Shown piece after piece: positions 10,677 through 19,150 of a stretch of 19,910 nt of DNA. The DNA lies in assembly GCF_006345805.1 (NCBI RefSeq), contig NW_021824148.1:1-19910 (forward strand), given 5' to 3'. The position numbers and the translations under genes are program-made. The notes under the pieces were generated by a model. It saw nothing but the letters and a program-made list of their open reading frames with translations, was not told the DNA's origin and did no database searches. This DNA comes from Octopus sinensis (taxonomy: Eukaryota). Position 1 is the stretch's first letter. Each line of letters begins with the position of its first letter.

Positions 10677-10707
<31 letters not shown>
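9161..10707 (+). mobile_element. 5'-truncated RTE-clade LINE: RT C-terminal half with internal Cys4-His-Cys3 finger, long 3' UTR and (GAT)n tail
   Basis: LFIIVLQAITEEFKTGCPWELLYSDDLAL, GLRVNVAKTKV, EVVDSFRYLG, LHGNETW, RRLRWYGHVLRM, RGRGRPRKTW, stop at 10198. Two 1-nt frameshifts near 9495 and 9535. (GAT)10 tail. ATATCC at 9155-9160 and 10708-10713. Confidence 0.95.
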
Positions 10708-10709
<2 letters not shown>

Positions 10710-10718
10710 ATCCATATA

Positions 10719-10880
10719 GGATCTTTTCATTTTGAGGGCCAGATTTTTCTAGTTAACTAAACAATTTGAAACTTCGTATACTGGTAGAATGTGTCAAAAG
10801 AAAACATTATTGTAAACAAAATTGTAATTCGTAACTTAAACGTAGTTTAATTTTAAGAATTTTAACCAATGAAATCGCAG
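10719..10880. mobile_element. Terminus of a relative of the GGATCTTTTC-ended element, inverted relative to 8625-8718
   Basis: GGATCTTTTCATTTTGAGGGCC...CTAGTTAACTAAAC..AAACTTCGTATACTGGTAGAATGTGT is the reverse complement of the 5635-5731 and 8625-8718 segments at roughly 75-85% identity. Confidence 0.6.
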
Positions 10881-11206
10881 CATTCGAGCTCAAATTATTT
10901 ACCTCTTCTTCTGTCCTCTGCATGTGCTAGAAATAACAGCTATATCTCTTAAATCGATTAATTTCGTCGCCCAATAAAAATATTAACGATATTTTTTGAA
11001 TATTTTCTTTATTTTTTTTTACCAAAAAGGCTTCTCCCATGGTTTTGAATGGCCAGAAACAACAAAAACAAAACAATAATATGCCTAAATCGGTCTCGAC
11101 TTTGCGCGTGGAGTGTGAGTCGTATTGTAAAAATTTGCGAAATATTTTTTCATAAAATGATGCCCCCAGCTTGTCGGAGCTGTGATATAAATTGGGGAAA
11201 AATCCT

Positions 11207-11257
11207 CGACACCAGTGCGTAATTGGTACTTAATTTATCGACACCGAAACGATGAAA
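11207..11257 (-). mobile_element. SINE central-domain fragment
   Basis: Reverse complement TTTCATCGTTTCGGTGTCGATAAATTAAGTACCAATTACGCACTGG resembles the conserved 'TTTCATCCTTTCGGGGTCGATAAATTAAGTACC' SINE core recalled from molluscan and other metazoan SINEs. Confidence 0.55.
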
Positions 11258-11430
11258 CATAACCTCCCCCTTCTGGTTTATTTACCTTTTGTGCAAATTT
11301 GTTGCGGCAAGGGGCAAAACACGAACGTGGAATGTATGCTTGTGTGCGTATGTGTGTGTATGTATATGTCCGTTTGTATGTGTGTGTACGCTTATATATT
11401 AATTAATATTAATCCAAATTATATATTATA

Positions 11431-13216
11431 TATTAATCCAAAAACCTTCTTTGCCTATGTCCAGCGGAATTCCCGCTTGAACAACCAGATTGCAACGTTG
11501 GTAGACTCAACAGGCGTATCGATTGAGGACCCTTATCAACAGAGTCAATTATTTACCGAGATTTTTTCAACTATTTTCAAACAAGATGATGGTCGTGAAC
11601 CCCCTCCATTTGATAGATCGGTACCTCCAATGCTTCGATTGGTCATCACGCGGGACGAAGTCAAATGTGTTATTCAAGGCCTCGATGTAAACAAGGGTCA
11701 CGGCCCTGACGGCATACACCCACGGGTTATCAAAGCGTTGGCTCTTGTCATCTGCGAGCCCTTAACACGTCTATTCAATATGTCATTGGCGACGGGTGTT
11801 ATACCTGCAGACTGGAGAACAGCGATAATCTGCCCAATTTTCAAGAAAGGGAGCCGCGAAGACCCGCTTAACTACCGACCGGTTTCCCTTACATCAATAA
11901 TCAGCAAGATGTTCGAAACCATCCTTAAGAAAAGTATGATGCTCCACCTCCTAAACACAGCCTCTATCTCTGATTCCCAACACGGCTTCGTGCCGAAGAG
12001 ATCATGCTTGACCAACTTACTAGTAATGGAAGAATTGGTGACGCGCATCCTCGATGATAGTGATGCTGTTGACATCGTTTTATTGGACTTTGCCAAAGCT
12101 TTTGACTTGTCAAGCTTCAAGCATATAGTTTCTATCCGGATATTGTACGATGGGTTGGTGCCTTCCTCTCAGATCGCTCCTTCCAAGTCCAAGTTAATGG
12201 TTCGCGGTCCGACGTCTCCAGTGCGAGCAGTGGCGTGCCTCAAGGTTCAGTGCTTGGGCCCTTGTTGTTCTTAGTCTTCATAAATGACTTGCCCGACGAC
12301 CTCACGCAACACACCCTTCTATTTGCCGACGATATCAAACTGGTCGCTCCTCGCGGTAGTATAGAGGATCTTCGTCGATGCCTCCACCAAATTTGGAAGT
12401 GGTCTAACGATTGGGACCTGTGTCTGAACGTGTCAAAGTGCTGTCATCTGCCTGTCAGCTCTACTCCTGTAACTCAACTTGATTTCGAGCCGGGTCGTCT
12501 GCTGCTGGAGAGGACCGATCAGGTAAAGGACCTGGGTATCTTGGTGGATTCCTCCTTTTCGCCTTCGGCCCAGTGCGTCCATGCTGCCAACAAAGCACGC
12601 GGAATTCTGTTCTTGATTCGACGGTCATTCGGAATGCTCACAGCAGCCATATTCCTACCACTCTATGTCACGCTGGTGAGACCCATATTGTAGTATGGGA
12701 TTCAAGCCTCTTCTCCTTATCTCCTCAAAGACATACAGCATCTCGAAAGAGTCCAGAAGCTGGCTACCCGCATGGTTCATGGTCTCTAAAATTTTGTTCT
12801 ACGAAGAAAGGCTGAGGACGCTCGACCTTTATTCTCTTGAAAAACGCCGCCGCCGTGGTGATCTCATTCTCGCCCACAACATCATAAGCGGAAAGTGTAA
12901 CCTCTCGAAAGAGCTGTTCTTCACTCTCCTGCCTCCGAGCGTCGGCTGCGGGGTCATTCCGAAAAGCTCTACCTGCGACGATTTCATCTCAATCGAAGGA
13001 GTGGAGCTTTCTCCGTCCGGGTTGCGGATCCGTGGAACAAGCTGCCAGACGAGATGGTGAAGATGCCGACGACCGCTTTGTTCAAAGCCTCCCTGGACCT
13101 CAAGTGGCCTGAACTCTTTACATGAACACCACTCTGTACTTAACTCCATGTCCCCCTACATGGCCTTGCTATTTGCTTTTGAGCCAAATTAACAAACTAA
13201 CTAACTAACTAACTAA
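11431..13216 (+). mobile_element. 5'-truncated, inactivated CR1-type LINE (RT) with (TAAC)n tail
   Basis: GPDGIHP, PIFKKG...NYRPVSLTS, QHGF...SCLTNL, LDFAKAFD, GVPQGSVLGPLLF, LFADDIKL, RRRRGDLI, LRGH, PWNKLP. Short deletion/frameshift near 12107, TAG at 12691, further frameshifts near 12790 and 12930, last stop 13125, AACT repeats at 13190-13216. Confidence 0.95.
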
Positions 13217-13332
13217 TTACTATGTGCTTGTGCAAATGTATATGCATGTGTTTGAGAGAGAGAGAGAGAGAGTGTGTGTGTGTGTGTGTCGTGCGTCTGC
13301 TATATTTCTTTATCAATATCGATAACGCAGCA

Positions 13333-13421
13333 ATGCTGGGATTTCATTGGTTAAAGTTCGAAGATGCTGGGATTTCATTGGTTAAAATTCGAAGATGTTG
13401 GGATTTCATTGGTTAAAATTC
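13333..13421. repeat. Three tandem 31-bp units ATGCTGGGATTTCATTGGTTAAA(G/A)TTCGAAG
   Basis: Unit starts at 13333, 13364 and 13395. Confidence 0.9.
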
Positions 13422-13810
13422 TTAAAATAGAGAGGAGGGAGATAGTTAATGGAGAGGGGAGAAGGTATCGGGGTTCGAGATGAGCGCCTAAACGGTAATG
13501 AAACAAGGTTATCTTAGCTGCACATTTCTGAAATCCAAGTTTATCATCCGAAGCAAAGCAATGAGGAATCGAGTGGAGGCAGGAACCGAGCAAACACTGG
13601 TTTATATAGAGATTAGGGGTTTTTTCTGGGGGGGACGGGACGATTGGCGTGTTAGATAGAAAGGAGGGGAAAGAGAGAGAGAGAAGGAGACCCACGAGGG
13701 AGAAATCTCTATGGCAGGACGAGGTTCGAAATAGAAAAAAACTTAATGAAACAGGAAATGCCGAAAACGTGAGACAGGCTTATATATAAATATATATGCG
13801 TCCATATGTA

Positions 13811-14528
13811 TAGGCATACCTACACACTGGGCCCACGACGAATTTGTTTCCTTATAACTTTGAGACAATGGATATTTTTTAATGAAATTTCTTTGACAAA
13901 AATGCTTCAGATGATGAAGATTCCAATTATATCGGAAATTGTTGTAAAAACAATTTTCAAACGTTGAGGAGTTGACTTTCTCAAAATTCACCCAAATCCG
14001 TTTTGTTTTCTATAACTTTCAGAAAAGTGGATTTTTGTTTCTGTGAAAATTTCTACAATCCCTTTCAAATGGTGTAGATTAGGATTATATCGGAATTTAA
14101 CATGAAAAAACTTTAAAATTTGATGGTTTCGCACACATACATACTGACACACATCACGGTTATTTTCCCAAAGTTCATCTTTTTATTTTCTGTTATGTGT
14201 CAGTGTATATCTGTGCGAATCCACCAATTTTTATAATTTTCTTCATATTAAATTCCGATATAATCGAAATCTTCACCATCTGAAACGGTTTTATTGAAAA
14301 TTTCATTTGAAAATATCTATTCTTTTGGAAAGAAAGCCGACTCGGGTGAACTTTCCTAAATTTCTCTCTCCACCCACCGAAAAGTTTTTTCTCACAACAA
14401 ATTCCGATATAATTGGAATATTTGCCATCTGAAGGATATTTATGAAAGAAATTTCATTGAAAAACATCCATTTTTCTAGAAGTTACAAGGAAACATTCGC
14501 CTGGGGCACACTTGTGTAGGTTTGCCTC
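13811..14528. mobile_element. Foldback/MITE-like element, copy 2
   Basis: Colinear with 6135-6859. Confidence 0.85.
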
Positions 14529-14681
14529 TACATACATACATATTTGCATATATATTTATATATATACACACACGAGGCTGTAGTATACATAGGTTTTTAT
14601 GCATTTAATGGAACACGAGTGTGTATTTAATGTAATTATTAAGTGAATGTGATGTTTTATGTTTGTTTTTCTTCCTTTCAG

Positions 14682-14838
14682 CCACGAAACGGATGTTGTG
14701 GCCTTCTTAGTCTCCAGTGGAGCAAATGTTAATAAGCAGACCTCACGGGGCAACACACCTCTACATTGGGCTGCGTGGAAGAACTATGAAGATGTGGTCA
14801 AAATCCTGTTAAATAGCAAAGAAAATAACAATTTACAG
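14682..14838 (+). CDS. Ankyrin-repeat gene exon B2 (157 nt): (N)HETDVVAFLVSSGANVNKQTSRGNTPLHWAAWKNYEDVVKILLNSKENNNLQ
   Basis: Same acceptor and donor as B1, open frame. Confidence 0.92.
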
Positions 14839-15285
14839 GTCAGCGAATATATATATATGTGTGTGTGTGTATAATGATATGTATGTTGGTTTGTGTTATA
14901 TGTATATGAAACAGTTTATATTTATATGTTTTTAATTAAAAACTTTTCTTCAGCTCACACAGACCTGTACATACATACACAAATATACACACACAGAAAC
15001 GCATATATACACAAAAATGCATAAACAAATGATCAGTGAAGATATAAAACACGTATGTATATATAGGTATTTATGTATATATGTATGTGCGAGAGTGTAT
15101 ATATATATATATGCATACACATGTGTGTGTGTGTATAGATACATTATAAATCTCATTTATTTTCCCCTCACCTTCATTCCACCTGTTTAAATTAATCTGA
15201 TTCTGTTTTTCTGACATTTTTCATTTTTTTTCCTCTTCCCCCAATAAACACCATCTTTAATGTCTTTATTGTTTATCTTTTTTAG

Positions 15286-15542
15286 GTTAATCAGCAAAAT
15301 AATGAGGGTCAGACAGCTCTATATTATGCCTGTTACTTTGGACAAATAAACATTGTTGAACTTCTCCTGCAACAGAATGGCATCGATGTTAATGCTGTGG
15401 AGAACAAAGGTTGGACAGCTCTCCATGTTGCCTGTGAACATGGACAAACAAACATTGTTGAACTTCTCTTGCAACAGAATGGCATCGATGTCAATAAGGT
15501 GAACATCGAGGGTGACACCCCTCTCCATCGGGCAGTTCTAAA
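15286..15542 (+). CDS. Ankyrin-repeat gene exon C (257 nt, phase 0 to 2; absent from the ORF track): VNQQNNEGQTALYYACYFGQINIVELLLQQNGIDVNAVENKGWTALHVACEHGQTNIVELLLQQNGIDVNKVNIEGDTPLHRAVL
   Basis: TTTTTTAG acceptor ending 15285, donor GTAAGT at 15543, 85 open codons with 2.5 canonical 34-aa ankyrin repeats. Confidence 0.93.
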
Positions 15543-16318
15543 GTAAGTCCCCAATGGATTTGGATTATCCAAATCTGTTTCTTTAATGTTTGTTTTCTTG
15601 TTTCGAGTCATTCATGTCATAATCCCACCATGGGTCGTCATGCTTCACCCCCTCTCTCTCTCTCACACTCTAATGACACCGTAATCTAACTTCATTAATT
15701 AATCATCATAATTATTGTTGTTGTTGTTGTTACCTGACTGGATTCTTTACTTCATCTCATCCTTCGTTACCTCAACGTTACAGGTTCAAATCCTCTCCCT
15801 TCTTCCTTTCATTCCATGTAAAACACCTCACCCACCCCCTTCTCTTGAAATTTTCCTCTTTCCTCTGGCCCTGGGCTAAATGCAGAATCATCCCCTTACT
15901 TTGATCCGTTTGTGTTCCAAGTTCAACTCCTGGGCTCAAAATCTGTACCAGTAATATCCAGGGGTTCATTTAATAAATTGTCCTCCCTCTTTACTCCTGT
16001 TCTTGTGTCTGATTACTGTTGGAAAATATTCAGATAAAATTTACAAGTGTTGATATCTGGACGGTTTCCTAGTCTTCTGATTGTTTACGGAATATGTGGT
16101 GTAATTTTTAATTATGTATCTTATGCAAATAACCTACATCTTCTTTACGCTGGTTATGGTAAATCTGGGTTTTGAGTTTATACCCTTCTTATAAATTTTA
16201 TCTCAATATTTTCCAACCTTTGCCTTTTATTAACCCTTACCTCTTTCTAACCTTTTAGGCCCCTCTTTTTTGTATATCACGAATTACCCTTCCAACCCTT
16301 TTCGTTGTATGCCCAATT

Positions 16319-16992
16319 GGCGATCTTTCGTTTGTAGTAGACCTTTCCGTCGATGATTTCCGTAAAAAAAAATTTATTTTTTTACATATGGGTTTGCGGG
16401 AACATTTGGAATAATGAGAGCGAAAGAGACTAAGAGGAAGCGATTTTATGACGAGGGAAGTTCTTTTGAAGTTACCGTGCATGGAAAGCATTGATGTACA
16501 TGTGTGTGTTTGATGGGGTGTGGGAGACAGTATGTTGTGTAAGTGAAGTGCTTCTGTTAGTGTGTGTGAAGAGACAGAGAGAGTAATGTGTGAAAGAGAG
16601 AGATAACTGAAATTTTTTTACTCGGTGTATGTGTATATGTATGTCTGCATGTATGTGTGTGTGTGTATGTATCTATGTATGTATCTACACATACACCGAG
16701 TAAAAAATTTCAGTTATCTCTCTCATTCACACATTACTCTGTCTCTGCACACACACTAACAGAAACACTTTACTTACACAACATACTGTCTGTCTCCCAC
16801 ACCCCATCAAACACACACACATGTACATCAATGCTTTGATAACTTCAAAAGAAATTCCCTCGTCATAAAATCGCTTCCTCTTAGTCTCTTTCGCTCTCAT
16901 TACTTCAAATGTTCCCGCAAGGCCATATGTAAAAAAATTTAAGTTTTCTACGGAAATCGACGGAAACGTGCTACTACAAACGAAAGATTGCC
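16319..16992. repeat. ~674-bp foldback: ~310-bp inverted arms around a 50-bp (TATG/TG) loop
   Basis: 16319-16635 pairs with 16686-16992, e.g. GATAACTGAAATTTTTTTACTCGGTGTATGTGTA / TACACATACACCGAGTAAAAAATTTCAGTTATC and ATCTTTCGTTTGTAGTAG / CTACTACAAACGAAAGAT. Confidence 0.93.
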
Positions 16993-17059
16993 TAACAATT
17001 AATATTATCTTAATTTTAATGATTCTTAATACTATTTTAGTTAACAGTATGTATGTGTA

Positions 17060-18180
17060 TGTTGTTGGCATCGTTTTTGTCTCGGGAGACAATGGAGTTG
17101 CGCATAAAATAGTCCAGTCCGGCTTTTACATTTCATGTCCTGACACATTTCCTGCTGTGGCTGTGTAGTTCTATCCTGGACAAACACTCCCTCTGGCAGG
17201 TACCGCAAATGTAGCGAAGACTGTTCCTGGCTGGTTGTAATGTCTTAGTTTCTTGTTGACGTCTTTTCTTGTCTTTCCATTTCTCCTCTCTCTCTCTCTC
17301 TGTCACTCCTTTGTATTCCCTCTTTTACGGTACGTCCCCAATCTCCACGGTTGCTGGCAATTGCTTCCCAACCGCTAATATTGATGTTGCAGGCCTTCAT
17401 GTCCCTTTTGCAAACATCCTTGTAACGTAAGATCGGTCTACCCACAGACCTAGTACCCCAAGCAAGCTCTCCATAGAGTATGTCCTTGGGGATTCTGCCA
17501 TCTTTCATACGGCTAACATGCCCAAGCCATCTCATACGTCTTTGTGTGAGGAGTGCAAACATGCTTGGTATTCCTGCTTGCTTGAGGACATCTTTGTTGA
17601 GGATATGATTCTGCCATTTGATGCAGAGTATTTTCCGGAGGCAGCGCAGGTGAAATATGTTTAGGCGACGCTCTTGGCGTGTGTATAGCGTCCAAGTCTC
17701 ACTTCCATACAGTAGAGTGATAAGTACACATGCCTGGTAGATCTTCATTTTCGTGGTCTTGGTCAGCTTATTGTTGTCCCATGCCCGTTTTGGAGAGTTG
17801 GGCCATCGCAGCAGCTGCCTTGCCCATGCGTATATGAGCTCAGCGTCAAGGGATAGGTTGTAGGTGACGGTAGAGCCAAGATAGGTAAACTTCTCCACCT
17901 CCTGTAATCTGTGGTCTCCAATATGTATGTTTGGGATGTCCGATGTAGCCTGACCCATGATGTTGGTCTTCTTAAGGCTGATAGCTAAGCCAAAGTCGTT
18001 ACATGCTTGTTCAAAACAGTTAATGAGCCTTTGGAGGGCTTCTTCTGTGTGTGATACCAGAGCGGCATCATCAGCAAATAGCATCTCCTTGATCAGGACG
18101 TTTCTGATTTTGGTCTTGGCACGCAGGCGCGAGAGATTGAACGGTTTCCCGTCACTTCTACTATGCAGAAACAGTCCTCT
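17060..18180 (-). mobile_element. Truncated RTE (BovB-like) LINE: RT C-terminal part plus C-terminal zinc finger
   Basis: RSDGKPFNLSRLRAKTK, MLFADDAALV, ISLKKTNIM, EKFTYLGS, LLYGSETW, RMRWLGHVSRM, GRPILRYKD. Shifted frame 17213-17133 gives YICGTCQRECLSRIELHSHSRKC. 3' end CCATTGTCTCCCGAGAC...GATGCCAACAACA. Confidence 0.93.
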
Positions 18181-18291
18181 CTTGATATTGATTTTGGAGA
18201 AATCGATCAATTTTTCTCCAAAGAAAATGTTATTTGAGATCTAAAACAAGAAGAAATATCCTATAGCTTGTTATGACAGTAAATAATCTGT

Positions 18292-18453
18292 AAATAGATT
18301 GAAATGCAATAGATCGATACTAGGGTTATAATTATGGGTGACATTTTCATTTGACACTGCTAGAAAAAATTCCCATTTTCCATAGCGGTGTCATATGAAA
18401 TTGTCACCCATAATTATAACCCTAGTATCGATCTATTGCATTTCAATCTATTT
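18292..18453. repeat. 162-bp palindrome/hairpin, copy 3
   Basis: Same 52-bp arms as copies 1 and 2. Confidence 0.95.
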
Positions 18454-19069
18454 TAGATTTAGGGTTAGAGTTAGGGTGAGTCAGGATTAGGGGTGGGGGA
18501 AGGGTATCTTTTTTTCTTCGCAAATGTAAATAAACCCAATCTGTTTCTTAAATGAGGGACATATTCATACAGCACGGAATGTTTTCACCCCATATGGAGG
18601 TCAGTGATTGGTTAAAATTGCCGAAATGCTTGAGATTAAAGTGGAAATATCTTACAACATATAGAATTTTCTCAATAAAGCCAAGAAAAACTGATGTTTT
18701 ATAAACACATTCTACCAGTATACGAAGTTTAAAAGTGTTTAGTTAACTAGAAATTGTGTTGACATGTGCCGTTCAAAAGGAAAAGATCCGTTGTTGTTTT
18801 TTGGGATTGATGAGTAATCTGCCTCATTATATAGTTATATAATCTGTGACGATCTCTCTAATATGTGTGTATATTCTGCTAAATGCAGTATTTGGTAGAC
18901 ATGAGAAGAAGCTATACATTGTGGGATGTAATAAACTAAACTCAAGATGGTCTTGCTGGTCGAAAATATGTATACATTATACCTTCACCTATTAATATAT
19001 GTATATACACACACATTTGTTTGCTGTATATTAAGATTACATTCATGAATATACACATTTCAGTTGCTC

Positions 19070-19074
<5 letters not shown>

Positions 19075-19148
<74 letters not shown>
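19075..19148. repeat. (TC)n-(TA)n microsatellite (empty-site paralog of 9061-9158)
   Basis: Directly visible. Confidence 0.95.

Positions 19149-19150
<2 letters not shown>

Larger units (their letters stand above)
7395..15052 (+). repeat. Tandem segmental duplication, unit 2 (exons A2+B2, plus ~4.7 kb absent from unit 1)
   Basis: Colinear with 4414-7393 at high identity except about 9160-13780. Confidence 0.92.

Noticed and set aside
11252-11430. N-terminal extension or signal peptide on the CR1 RT ORF
   Set aside because: It is read-through from flanking simple-repeat DNA upstream of the truncation point.
13333-13421. CRISPR-like array (also considered for the TGGCAC modules at 10331-10525)
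   Set aside because: No unique spacers of regular length, no cas genes, and a eukaryotic context.
5110-19150. Gene-conversion mosaic among the three intron copies
   Set aside because: Each copy has private differences. Without an outgroup the pattern is equally explained by independent mutation.
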